From Candidatus Bathyarchaeota archaeon (lineage in GTDB: Archaea > Thermoproteota > Bathyarchaeia > Hecatellales > Hecatellaceae): a DNA stretch of 64,000 nucleotides. Below the pieces are notes generated by a model, which was not told the origin of the DNA, ran no database searches, and saw nothing but the letters and a program-made list of their open reading frames with translations. The position numbers and the translations under genes were made by a program. The first letter of the stretch is position 1. The number at the start of each line of letters is the position of its first letter. The stretch spans positions 64,001 through 128,000 of the forward strand of contig JBQPWD010000006.1 of NCBI GenBank assembly GCA_052246995.1, given 5' to 3'. Shown here piece by piece: positions 10,999 through 20,789 of the stretch.

Positions 10999-11898
10999 CT
11001 ATAATCCTCTTACCTGCATAAGTTGCTCAGGCTTTAAAGTTTTGATATCAACACCAACCATAGATTTTCTTTCACTAACCATTCTTGAGGCTTCAGCAAC
11101 CACCTCAGGTTTTTCCCAGTAAGTTGTGGCTAAAACGATGGCTTTTCCTCTTTCTAGCGGGTCTTCAGATTTAAAAATCCCTGAACCAACAAACACTCCA
11201 TCAGCCCCAAGCCACATCATCAAAGCTGCATCTGCAGGAGTGGCTATACCGCCAGCTGCAAAGTTTACAACGGGTAATCTTCCAAGTTTAGCTGTTTCGT
11301 TTACAAGTTCAAATGGAACCTTAAATTCTCTTGCAACATCCAAAAGTTGTTCTTCACTCATTCCTTGAAGTTCCCTAATTTTACCCATAACAAGCTTCAT
11401 ATGTTTTACAGCTTCACAAACGTTTCCAGTTCCAGCTTCACCTTTAGTCCTAATCATTGCGGCGCCCTCAGCTATTCTTCTTAAAGCTTCTCCAAGGTCT
11501 CTTGCACCATTAACAAATGGAACCTTAAACTCCCACTTATTAATGTGGTGATGCTCATCTGCAGGTGTTAAAACTTCACTTTCATCTATCATGTCAACCC
11601 CTATAGCCTCAAGAACTTTAGCCTCCATGTAATGGCCTATTCTACATTTAGCCATAACAGGTATGGTTACATGGTCCATAACTTCTTCAATAACCTTGAT
11701 GTCACACATCCTAGCAACTCCTCCAGCTTTTCTAACATCGGCTGGGAGTTTATCTAACACCATAACTGCAACTGCACCAGCATCCTCGGCAATTTGGGCC
11801 TGCTCAACATTAGTAACATCCATAATGACTCCGCCTTTTTGCATTTTAGCAAACCCGCGTTTTAAGATGATTGTGCCATAGATAGGCTTGGAAAACAT
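10999..11898 (-). CDS. pdxS: Pyridoxal 5'-phosphate synthase lyase subunit
   Basis: [40 protein letters not shown]. Confidence 0.98.
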   Translation of the reverse strand: MFSKPIYGTIILKRGFAKMQKGGVIMDVTNVEQAQIAEDAGAVAVMVLDKLPADVRKAGGVARMCDIKVIEEVMDHVTIPVMAKCRIGHYMEAKVLEAIGVDMIDESEVLTPADEHHHINKWEFKVPFVNGARDLGEALRRIAEGAAMIRTKGEAGTGNVCEAVKHMKLVMGKIRELQGMSEEQLLDVAREFKVPFELVNETAKLGRLPVVNFAAGGIATPADAALMMWLGADGVFVGSGIFKSEDPLERGKAIVLATTYWEKPEVVAEASRMVSERKSMVGVDIKTLKPEQLMQVRGL

Positions 11899-12016
11899 GC
11901 TTTACAATCCCCCGCGTTTTTCACCCTTTTTAATTAAATTAACAGTTAATACTAATTCTACTATGCATGTGCACTAAGATAAAGCTAAATTCAGAATCCC
12001 TATATAAGGATTTAAT

Positions 12017-12322
12017 TTAAAAGCTAACTTTCCTCCTGTATGATAGGCTTGGTGAAACTTTGATAGATTGGTAGTTTCCTTTTCCAACCCAGTTTGAAAG
12101 TATAACTCTGCTTTTCACCCTACTTTTATGTGAATCATAGCCAACCAAGAGAACTAGATGTCCGTTTCTGGTTCTGGAGGAGAAAATTGTTGCATAACGT
12201 TTTAACCTACATTTAAGCCTATGAAGCTCAATCTTCCGGAGAGGAGGTAAAATTTCCCTCCAAACTTCAAGCTTACCTTTAAGTTTCTGCGCAACATCTC
12301 CAACTTTTAACCCTCTATGCAT
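12017..12322 (-). CDS. Hypothetical basic protein
   Basis: 101-aa ORF filling an otherwise empty gap, GGAGG about 8 nt upstream of the ATG, no recognisable motif. Confidence 0.5.
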   Translation of the reverse strand: MHRGLKVGDVAQKLKGKLEVWREILPPLRKIELHRLKCRLKRYATIFSSRTRNGHLVLLVGYDSHKSRVKSRVILSNWVGKGNYQSIKVSPSLSYRRKVSF

Positions 12323-12473
12323 ATCTTAAAATCCTCCAAACTTAGCTTCAGCGACAAAAAAAGTTTTAGCAACCCAAATATATAAGCAGTATTTAACGGC
12401 TGTAAAACTATAAAACAAAAAATTTTTAACCTGCATTTGTAGATTCACATTATTTAAAAAAAGGGTTTAAACA

Positions 12474-13616
12474 ATGAAGAGCGTAGCCAAAAGAGAGTCA
12501 ATGATTGAGAGACCAGCCTACAGAGTCATAAGAGATTATGCAGCCAGACTGGGGTATAAGGACATAATATATCTAAATGTTGGAGAACCCGACTTTCCAA
12601 GTCCACCAAACGTCGTCGAAGCAGCTAAAAAAGCTATGGATGAAGGATTTACACACTACACTGAAGAAAGAGGTTTAAGTGAGCTTAGAGAAATTTTAGC
12701 ATTAAAGATTAGCGGCGAAAGAGGGATTGAAGTTGATGCTGATGGTATACTTATAACAAACGGTAGCGCTGAAGGCATATTTGTAACCTTGATGACTATT
12801 GTTGACAACGATGATGAGGTAGTAATTGTTAAACCTTACTATCCTCCCTACCTTTATTGTGTTAGAGTTTCCTCAGGAAAACCTGTTTTTGTTTCACCGG
12901 AAGATGAAACATTAACACCAAGCGTGGAAAGCATAAAAGCTGCTGTAACAAATAAAACTAAAGCTATAATTGTTAACAGTCCATGCAACCCTACAGGAGT
13001 TGTCTACGGTGAAGAAGTTTTAAAAACAATCAACGACCTTGCAGAAGACTACGGGTTCTATGTTTTATCAGATGAAGTTTATGATAAATTTGTTTACGAA
13101 GGGGAACATCGTAGCATAGCCTCCTACGACAAAACCATTGAGCATACAATAATTATCAACAGTTTCTCAAAGACTTATGCAATGACAGGTTGGAGGATAG
13201 GATATCTCGCATGTAGAAGCGAGATTACATCGAAAATACTTAAAATTAAAAGTGCTGTAAATGTCTGTGCAAACGCTATTTCCCAGAAAGCTGCGATTGA
13301 GGCTTTAAAAAATTCTGATAGCTATGTTAAAATGATGCTTACAGAATACAGAAAAAGGAGAGAGATTGTTTTAGAAGCATTATCAAAGCTTCCAAAAATT
13401 AGGGTTCCAATTCCTAAAGGAGCATTTTACGTTTTTCCAGATATATCTCAAATAGAAAAAGATTCTTTAAAGTTTACAATGTGGCTACTTGAAAAAGCTC
13501 ATGTCGTTGTGGGTCCTGGTGTGGCGTTTGGTATGGATGGTTACATCAGAATTTCCTATTCAAATTCAATAGCCAACCTTAAAAACGCAATGGATAGGAT
13601 TGCTAGCGTACTTTAA
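12474..13616 (+). CDS. Class I/II PLP-dependent aminotransferase (aspartate aminotransferase-like)
   Basis: GEPDF, NSPCNPTG, SDEVY, SFSKTYAMTGWRIG (PLP lysine). Confidence 0.95.
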   Translation: MKSVAKRESMIERPAYRVIRDYAARLGYKDIIYLNVGEPDFPSPPNVVEAAKKAMDEGFTHYTEERGLSELREILALKISGERGIEVDADGILITNGSAEGIFVTLMTIVDNDDEVVIVKPYYPPYLYCVRVSSGKPVFVSPEDETLTPSVESIKAAVTNKTKAIIVNSPCNPTGVVYGEEVLKTINDLAEDYGFYVLSDEVYDKFVYEGEHRSIASYDKTIEHTIIINSFSKTYAMTGWRIGYLACRSEITSKILKIKSAVNVCANAISQKAAIEALKNSDSYVKMMLTEYRKRREIVLEALSKLPKIRVPIPKGAFYVFPDISQIEKDSLKFTMWLLEKAHVVVGPGVAFGMDGYIRISYSNSIANLKNAMDRIASVL

Positions 13617-13640
13617 ATCAGGCTGTTAGGGAGATGATTT

Positions 13641-14216
13641 ACGGAGGATAAAGTTTTTTTAATACTTAACAATAATAGTGAAACCATAGACAACCTTTAC
13701 CGGATACTTAAAGAGTTTAATGTAAAATTTGAAGTTAAAAGTCCAGGTCAGTATTTCAACCATGAAAACTATTTAGGTATAATTATTTCAGGCGGGTTCT
13801 TGCCAAGAAACAAGTACAAGGAGCTTTTAGCATGGTATGGAAACCTTTTATCTCTAACAAATCTACCAATTTTAGGTATATGTTTAGGGTTAAAGATTTT
13901 AGGATACCAGTATGGTGCCAGAATTAGGAAGATGAGTGAGGGTGAAAACGGTATAGTTAAAATTTTTTTCCATAAAGATTATCCATTAGCACCTAATATT
14001 AAGGAGCTTAAGGTTTACGAGCTTCATGATTATGAGCTAATTTCAATTGGAGAAGGTTTAGAGAATTATGCAAGCTCAGAAAAATGTAAAATTCAAGCAG
14101 TAAAACATAAGATTAAACCTCAGTATGGTGTTCAATTTCATCCAGAGGTTAGTGATAATAATGATGGTAAAATAGTGATTAAAAACTTTATAGAAAAATG
14201 TTTTAGAAAATCATAA
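13641..14216 (+). CDS. Class I glutamine amidotransferase (GMP synthase subunit A-like), start uncertain
   Basis: GICLG and QFHPE catalytic motifs. The frame is open upstream of the track's TTG (13800) back to 13638 and encodes the GATase N-terminus VFLILNN...GIIISGG. Proposed start ACG at 13641. Confidence 0.8.
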   Translation, partial: TEDKVFLILNNNSETIDNLYRILKEFNVKFEVKSPGQYFNHENYLGIIISGGFLPRNKYKELLAWYGNLLSLTNLPILGICLGLKILGYQYGARIRKMSEGENGIVKIFFHKDYPLAPNIKELKVYELHDYELISIGEGLENYASSEKCKIQAVKHKIKPQYGVQFHPEVSDNNDGKIVIKNFIEKCFRKS

Positions 14217-14303
14217 AAACAAATTTAGGATATGCTTAAGTTTTAGCTTTATTACATAATTACATATAATCTAAGTTTAAATTTTTTAAACTGGTTAGAG
14301 AGG

Positions 14304-15092
14304 TTGGAACTTATAAATAATGGTACCTATGTCTTGCTTTATCTTGATGAAAAAAGAAAGTTTTTGGTTAAGGTTGAGAGTGGAAAGGTTTTCCATACTC
14401 ATAAGGGATATATTAAGCTTGAAGAACTTATAGGTAAACCTTATGGTGTCAAAGTTAAAAGTAATATGAATACCAGTTTTATAGCTTTAAAGCCAACCTT
14501 GAAAGATTATCTTATAAGAATAGCAAGAAAAACCCAAATTCTTTATCCTAAGGATATGGCATTAATCCTGCTTTACACCAACACTAGTTCAGGTTCAAGG
14601 GTTGTTGAAGGTGGTACTGGTAGTGGAGCATTAGCATCTCTACTAGCTTTTTACGTTAAACCTAATGGTAAAGTTTACAGTTACGATGTTAACAAAGAAT
14701 TTTTAAGAATTGCAGAAAGGAATCTTGAAAAGCTTGGTTTAATTGATTACGTCATTTTAAAAAACTTAGATTTAACAGAAGGAATAGAAGAAGTTGATGT
14801 TGACGCTGTTATACTTGACATGCCAACTCCATGGCTTGTTGTTCCCCATGCCTATAAAGCATTAAAAAATACTGGAGTTTTTGCATCTTTTAGCCCAACT
14901 ATTGAGCAAGTTATAAAGACGGTTGAAGCTATGAAAAAGGAAGGGTTTACCAGTATTGAAACTGTTGAATGTATGGTTAGAGAATATCAAGTAGAAACTG
15001 GACGTACAAGACCCAAAACTTTAACAGTGGCACATACAGGCTACCTAACTTTTGGGAGGAAGATGTTGAGTGAGGATGACCGTAGCGGGTAA
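14304..15092 (+). CDS. trmI: tRNA (adenine-57/58-N1)-methyltransferase
   Basis: TQILYPKD, EGGTGSGAL, LDMPTPW, SPTIEQV, HTGYL. Confidence 0.95.
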   Translation: MELINNGTYVLLYLDEKRKFLVKVESGKVFHTHKGYIKLEELIGKPYGVKVKSNMNTSFIALKPTLKDYLIRIARKTQILYPKDMALILLYTNTSSGSRVVEGGTGSGALASLLAFYVKPNGKVYSYDVNKEFLRIAERNLEKLGLIDYVILKNLDLTEGIEEVDVDAVILDMPTPWLVVPHAYKALKNTGVFASFSPTIEQVIKTVEAMKKEGFTSIETVECMVREYQVETGRTRPKTLTVAHTGYLTFGRKMLSEDDRSG

Positions 15093-15093
15093 A

Positions 15094-15708
15094 TTACTCA
15101 CCGAAAAGAAGCTTTGCTATATCCCTTCTCATGGCTGTTTTAACCGCCTTAGCCCTCTCCTCCAATGTTTCATTTATCCTTATTCTTCCATCCAATGTTG
15201 ATAGGATAAAGCCTCCAATACTGTTTATTGGATGGTTATCAAATGTTATTTTAATGTTTGCAGGAAGGTTAAGCATCCTAAGTATAGCATCTTTATGTTT
15301 AAGGTCTCTATGGTTTAGAGATATCTTTAAATTGGTTTCACCAAGCTGGGGAGCTATGGTTTCAATAAGTTTCGATAAGCTTTGAGTGTATAATTCTGTT
15401 TCAACAATTTTTTTAAGCCGATTTAACGCTTCATTAAAAGCTTCTTCAATAAGCTTGTTTTTTTCTTCTAGGATTTTTAATGAAAACTGACGTCTAGCTT
15501 CACTAAGTTTTCTAGCTTCTATGAACCTTGCCTCTTCCACCACCCTAACCTTAATTTTTTCAGCCTCATTCTCTGCTTCAGCTTTAGCCTTGTTAACTAT
15601 TTCCTCAGCCTCCTTCTTAGCTTCTTCAATCCTTTTTTGGGCTTCTGCTTGTGCTTCAGCAATTATTTCTTCACTAATTTTTGAAATAACAGTTAAACTT
15701 GAGCTCAT
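15094..15708 (-). CDS. A/V-type ATP synthase subunit E
   Basis: N-terminal A/E/K coiled coil followed by GGFIL...DGRIRINET motif. Confidence 0.88.
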   Translation of the reverse strand: MSSSLTVISKISEEIIAEAQAEAQKRIEEAKKEAEEIVNKAKAEAENEAEKIKVRVVEEARFIEARKLSEARRQFSLKILEEKNKLIEEAFNEALNRLKKIVETELYTQSLSKLIETIAPQLGETNLKISLNHRDLKHKDAILRMLNLPANIKITFDNHPINSIGGFILSTLDGRIRINETLEERAKAVKTAMRRDIAKLLFGE

Positions 15709-16040
15709 ATTTTCCCACCTAAAACTTCTTCAACTATTTTTTTAACAGCCTTATCCATATTTTTAGATGCTCTTTCTCTGAGGGATGAGATTTTTATGGT
15801 TGCTTCCTTCTCTAGTTCCTTAAGCTTTCTTTCAGCTTCCTCTTCAGCCTTTTTTAGCATTTCACTACTCTCAACTTTAGCTTTCTTAACAATTTCTTCC
15901 TTAACTTTTTCAGCCTTCATCGTGGCATCTAGTCTTATTCTGCTGGCTTCAGCTTCAGCTTCCTCTATTATTTTACGTGCTGCATCTTCAGCTTCTCTAA
16001 TTTTTTTAATCACTTCAACTGAAGACAATTTCCTCTCCAC
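15705..16040 (-). CDS. A/V-type ATP synthase peripheral stalk subunit H (G)
   Basis: IKKIREAEDAARKIIEEA coiled coil, ends KAVKKIVEEVL, overlaps subunit E start. Confidence 0.8.
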   Translation of the reverse strand: MERKLSSVEVIKKIREAEDAARKIIEEAEAEASRIRLDATMKAEKVKEEIVKKAKVESSEMLKKAEEEAERKLKELEKEATIKISSLRERASKNMDKAVKKIVEEVLGGKI

Positions 16041-16129
16041 AATCTTATGCTTTTATTAGCAAAACAAAAATTAGCTTACTATGGTATATAAATTATTGGT
16101 TAACACCTTAAGTTAGGGATACTGGTAAA

Positions 16130-17398
16130 ATGCTAATAATCGCGGATTTGCATCTCCACTCCAAGTATTCACGTGCAACAAGCAAACAAATGGACTTGAA
16201 TGGTCTATCCTTAGGTGCAAAGATGAAAGGCTTAACTCTGCTAGGAACTGGAGATATAACTCATCCCGCATGGTTTAATGAGTTAAAATCTAAGCTTGTC
16301 GAGGTTGACAACTCCGGAATATACGCCTACAATGGGGTATACTTCACGTTAAGCGGGGAAGTTGCAACATATTTTGAGTTTGAAGGAAAAAGTAGAAGGG
16401 TACACCATGTAATACATTTACCATCGTTTGAGGAAGCTGAGCAATTAAATGAAAAGCTTTCAAAGTATGGAGAACTGTCCATTGATGGTAGACCAGTATT
16501 GAACATCAGCAGTCCAGAGCTTGTTGAAATCTTAATGGAGGTGGATAGCAAAATCTTAATTTACCCTGCACATGCATGGACGCCTTGGATGAGTTGTTTA
16601 GGCAGTAAATCAGGGTTTAACTCATTAGAAGAATGTTATCAAGACCAAGTAAACCATGTTTTTAGTCTTGAGACAGGGTTAAGCAGCGATCCTGCAATGA
16701 ATTGGAGGGTTTCAAAACTTGACAAGTTTACTCTTCTTTCAAACTCTGATGCACACTCACCAAGTACTTTACGTCTAGGACGAGAGGCAAATGTTTTTAA
16801 CGTTGGAAAGCTTTCTTACATGGAAGTTTATGAGGCGATTAAAAACAAGGATAGAAGTAAGTTTCTTTTTACAATAGAAACAGATCCAAATTATGGCAAG
16901 TATCACTATGATGGACATAGAGAATGTGGTGTAAGTTTAAGTCCTAGTGAAGCAAAAAAGTTAAACAACATTTGTCCGAAATGTGGGAGAACATTAACTG
17001 TAGGCGTGCTACATAGAGTTGAAGAGTTAGCAGATAGACCTGAAGGATTTACCCCTGAAAATGCTATACCGTTTAAATCTTTACTTCCACTTTACGAGAT
17101 AATCTTCTTCACCTTCGGTGGAAAGGTTACAAGTAAAGCAATTCTTGAAGAACAAAATAAGCTTATAGGTAAATTTTCTAACGAATTAAACATCTTACTT
17201 AATGTTCCAAAAGAGGAGCTTTTAAAGATAACGCATAAAAAAATTGCTGAAGCAATAATTAGGGTTAGAGGGGGAAAAATAAGGTACATCGCAGGTTATG
17301 ATGGTGTTTACGGTAAACCAATAATCTCTTCTGAAGAAGAAGAGGGAAAAATAGTTAAAACTAGGAAATATTCTAAAAGTTTAGAAGAATTTTTTTAG
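16130..17398 (+). CDS. Endonuclease Q family (PHP domain + Zn ribbon)
   Basis: DLHLHSKYSRAT, PAHAWTPW, ETGLSSD, SNSDAHS, GKYH, CPKCG, GYDGVYG, C-terminal PIP-like SLEEFF. Confidence 0.93.
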   Translation: MLIIADLHLHSKYSRATSKQMDLNGLSLGAKMKGLTLLGTGDITHPAWFNELKSKLVEVDNSGIYAYNGVYFTLSGEVATYFEFEGKSRRVHHVIHLPSFEEAEQLNEKLSKYGELSIDGRPVLNISSPELVEILMEVDSKILIYPAHAWTPWMSCLGSKSGFNSLEECYQDQVNHVFSLETGLSSDPAMNWRVSKLDKFTLLSNSDAHSPSTLRLGREANVFNVGKLSYMEVYEAIKNKDRSKFLFTIETDPNYGKYHYDGHRECGVSLSPSEAKKLNNICPKCGRTLTVGVLHRVEELADRPEGFTPENAIPFKSLLPLYEIIFFTFGGKVTSKAILEEQNKLIGKFSNELNILLNVPKEELLKITHKKIAEAIIRVRGGKIRYIAGYDGVYGKPIISSEEEEGKIVKTRKYSKSLEEFF

Positions 17399-17964
17399 GT
17401 TTTTGTTTGATATCTTCTATTAAATAGAAGTTTACTTTCCTTCTTTTTACCGAAAAAATAGGAAAAACAAACATTAAAAGAAAAACCAGTAAGGCTAAAG
17501 TTCTCCAGCCAAAAATTTCTAAATCTGATTTCCAGCTTAAAACCTCAAAACTAACATCTTTAACAACTTTCCCATTAACTAAAAATATAAACCAGTATTT
17601 TCCCGGGGGGAAGCTCACCTAAATTGTAAGTGTAAGATTTTTCCGTTATAACCTGAATTGAAGGCCCTGTCCACATATCAACTTTACTGTCGCTATAAAA
17701 TGTTAAGCCTTCTTTTTTAAGAGAACCCCACTCAACATTAAAACCTCCATGTGGAAAAATTATGGATATCTTAACTTCTACAAGCTTATTGTACACCGCA
17801 ACATCAATGTTAACCGTATCGGAGCTTGGAGTATAAGGAATCCATTTATCAGTATAAGGTAAGGGTTGTTGTATTGGTGTTGTTAAGAAAAAGGATATGG
17901 CCAGTAGGAATAACGTAAAGATTGTTTTATGAAACAACATTTTCCGATGTAGATTGTAACACAT
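17373..17964 (-). pseudogene. Frameshifted secreted/membrane-anchored protein (joins track ORFs 17575..17964 and 17373..17618)
   Basis: Both ORFs read PPGK across the G6 run at 17605-17610. Removing one base gives ...YNLGELPPGKYWFIFLVNG... with an N-terminal signal-like segment and a C-terminal TM helix plus KRRK. Confidence 0.8.
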
Positions 17965-18036
17965 GCAAACTAAATAAACTTTAAACAGCCAAAAAACAGA
18001 TAAACATTAAAAACTAAAAATTTTCTGACAACCTTT

Positions 18037-19005
18037 ATGAGCATTAAACCTGAAATTTTAAGGTCAAAATTTATTGGTTCACTTTTAGGTTTAGCTGTAG
18101 GAGACGCTTTAGGGATGCCTGTTGAAGGTTTAACTGCCGAAGAGATTAAAGTGAAATTTGGAGTAGTTAAAGAGATGATGGATGGAAGATTACCAGCTGG
18201 ATGCTACACTGATGACACTGAAATGATGATAGGAGTTGCAGAGTCGCTTATAGAAAATAAAGGGTTTAATGGTGAGGATATGGTTAAAAAATTTATTAAA
18301 AATTTTAAACCTTGGAGAGGATACGGTTACGGGCCTACTAAAGTTTTAGAATTAGTTAAAAAAGGAGTTTCATGGGAAAAAGCTGCTGAAAAACTTTTTG
18401 GAGGAGAGGGATCATATGGTAACGGTGGAGCTATGAGGATAGCACCTGTAGGATTGCTTTACCATGATAATGTTGAAGTGTTAAGAAATGTTGCCTACAG
18501 GGTTGCTAAGATTACACATGCAAATAAGCTTGGAATGGAGGGTGGGGCTATTCAAGCTTATGGTGTAGCTTTAGCTGTTACGGAGAAACCTTATAAAAAC
18601 TTGGAAGTTGAAGCTTTTGCCACAAAACTTTGTACATTTAGTTGTGAAAACATTTTTAGGGAGAAGATTATGCTTGTTAAACAGTTACTTAAAAAACGTG
18701 TAAATAATTCTGAAGTTGTATTCAAGCTTGGAAATGGTATTGAAACATTTAACTCCGTAGTAACAGCTTTATACTGTTTTCTAGCAAACTATAAAAGTTT
18801 TGAGGATGCTGTTGTTTACGCTGTAAATTTGGGAGGAGATGCTGACACCATTGGAGCAATGACTGGAGCTGTAGCAGGAGCATACCATGGAGTTGAAGCT
18901 ATACCTAAGAGATGGCTGGCTAGGTTGGAGGGTAAAACGTATATTGAAGGTTTAGCTGAAAAGTTATGGATGGTCAGCATAACGAATAGAAAAAATGAAG
19001 AATGA
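18037..19005 (+). CDS. ADP-ribosylglycohydrolase (DraG/ARH family)
   Basis: AVGDALG, YTDDT, GNGGAMRIAP, GGDADTIGAM. Confidence 0.95.
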   Translation: MSIKPEILRSKFIGSLLGLAVGDALGMPVEGLTAEEIKVKFGVVKEMMDGRLPAGCYTDDTEMMIGVAESLIENKGFNGEDMVKKFIKNFKPWRGYGYGPTKVLELVKKGVSWEKAAEKLFGGEGSYGNGGAMRIAPVGLLYHDNVEVLRNVAYRVAKITHANKLGMEGGAIQAYGVALAVTEKPYKNLEVEAFATKLCTFSCENIFREKIMLVKQLLKKRVNNSEVVFKLGNGIETFNSVVTALYCFLANYKSFEDAVVYAVNLGGDADTIGAMTGAVAGAYHGVEAIPKRWLARLEGKTYIEGLAEKLWMVSITNRKNEE

Positions 19006-19059
19006 CTGCTTAATAGATAAAAAAATATATGTATAAGTACAAACAGTCTTTATATTGCC

Positions 19060-20772
19060 ATGGAAACTCTTTCTCATGACCTTGTAATTGTAGGTTCAGG
19101 TCTTGCAGGTCTTAGAGCTGCTATTGAAGCAGCTTACACCTCAAAATCTAAGCTGGATATAGCAATAATATCTAAAACTCACCTTATGCGTGCGCATTCT
19201 GTTTGTGCTGAAGGTGGCACAGCAGCTGTTCTAAGGCCCGAAGAAGGAGATAGTTTTGAGCTTCACGCATGGGATACTATTAAGGGAAGCGACTTTCTTG
19301 CTGACCAAGATGCCGTAGAAATATTTGTTAAAAGCATGCCTGAAGAAATATTTCTACTTGACCATTGGGGAATTCCTTGGAGTAGGAGAGAAGATGGAAA
19401 AATAGACCAAAGACCTTTTGGAGGTCATAGCTTTAACAGGGCTACCTATGCTGAAGATAGAACAGGATTCTATGAAATGCATACCCTTTACGACATTCTT
19501 CAAACATTTGAGAACGTAAAGGTTTACGAGGACCACTATGTAACATCCCTAATTGTTGAAAACGGAGAATTTAAAGGTTTAACAGCTTTAGACCTTAAAT
19601 CAGGTAAATTTATTGCTTTTAAGTCTAAAGCTGGAATAATCGCAACAGGTGGAGGGGCAAGATGTTACGCTTTCACAACATATTCACATCCAGCTACTGG
19701 CGATGGTATTGTTATGGCTTATAGAGCCGGAGTACCCATGAAAGATATGGAGTTCATTCAATTCCACCCTACGGGGCTTGTCCCCTCTGGAATACTGATA
19801 ACAGAGGCTGCAAGAGGTGAAGGTGGCTATTTAATCAACAGCAAGGGTGAACGTTTCATGAAAAAATATGCACCTGAACGTATGGAGCTTGCCCCAAGAG
19901 ATATTGTTTCAAGGTCAATCATAAGAGAAATTGAGGAGGGATGTGGATTTAAAGGACCTGATGGTTTAGATTATGTTCACCTAGACCTTACACACTTGGG
20001 CAAGGAAAAGATAGTTGAAAGGCTACCTCAAATACGTGAAGTTTGCCTTAAGTTTTTAGGAATAGATATTGTTAACGAACCTATACCTATCAGGCCTGCA
20101 GCCCACTACAACATGGGCGGTATCCATACAGATATTAACGGAGCTACACCGGTAAAGGGTTTATGGGCTGCGGGAGAGTGTGCATGTGTAAGTGTACATG
20201 GGGCAAATAGGCTTGGAACAAACTCCACTGCGGAATGCTTAGTTTGGGGTAAGATTACTGGTAGGGAGGCAGCAAAATATGCCATGTCCCATGAATCTGA
20301 ATCAAGCTTAGCTGGAGAGATGTTAAAAAGAGAGGAGGATAGAGTTTATGGTTTTATGCGTAAGGAAAGTGGAGAAAACAGTTATGGAATTTTAAGGGAG
20401 CTTAGAAGCCTTATGGATAGATATGTTGGAATATTTAGGAAGGGGGATGAGCTAGAACTAGCCGTAAAAAGGATTAAAGAGTTGAAGGAGAGGTTTAACA
20501 ATGCCACAGTTTATGATAAAAGTAGCGTTTACAACACAGACCTTATAGCTATGCTTGAACTTGACAACCTACTCACTATAGCTGAAGTTGTTGCGACTGG
20601 CGCCCTTCTTAGAAAGGAGTCTAGAGGAGCTCACGCTAGACGAGACTATCCTAAACGTGATGATGAAAATTGGCTTAAACATACATTAGCATACTGGAGG
20701 GTTGATGGGATTAGATTTGAGTACCTACCTGTAACGATTACAAGGTGGAAACCTGTAGAAAGAAAGTACTAG
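19060..20772 (+). CDS. Succinate dehydrogenase/fumarate reductase flavoprotein subunit (SdhA/FrdA/TfrA family)
   Basis: GSGLAG, RAHSVCAEGG (covalent-FAD His), QFHPTG, TEAARGEGG, LAPRD, HYNMGG, HGANRLG, ESRGAH. Confidence 0.95.
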   Translation: METLSHDLVIVGSGLAGLRAAIEAAYTSKSKLDIAIISKTHLMRAHSVCAEGGTAAVLRPEEGDSFELHAWDTIKGSDFLADQDAVEIFVKSMPEEIFLLDHWGIPWSRREDGKIDQRPFGGHSFNRATYAEDRTGFYEMHTLYDILQTFENVKVYEDHYVTSLIVENGEFKGLTALDLKSGKFIAFKSKAGIIATGGGARCYAFTTYSHPATGDGIVMAYRAGVPMKDMEFIQFHPTGLVPSGILITEAARGEGGYLINSKGERFMKKYAPERMELAPRDIVSRSIIREIEEGCGFKGPDGLDYVHLDLTHLGKEKIVERLPQIREVCLKFLGIDIVNEPIPIRPAAHYNMGGIHTDINGATPVKGLWAAGECACVSVHGANRLGTNSTAECLVWGKITGREAAKYAMSHESESSLAGEMLKREEDRVYGFMRKESGENSYGILRELRSLMDRYVGIFRKGDELELAVKRIKELKERFNNATVYDKSSVYNTDLIAMLELDNLLTIAEVVATGALLRKESRGAHARRDYPKRDDENWLKHTLAYWRVDGIRFEYLPVTITRWKPVERKY

Positions 20773-20789
20773 TTTTTGAGGGGAGGTAA

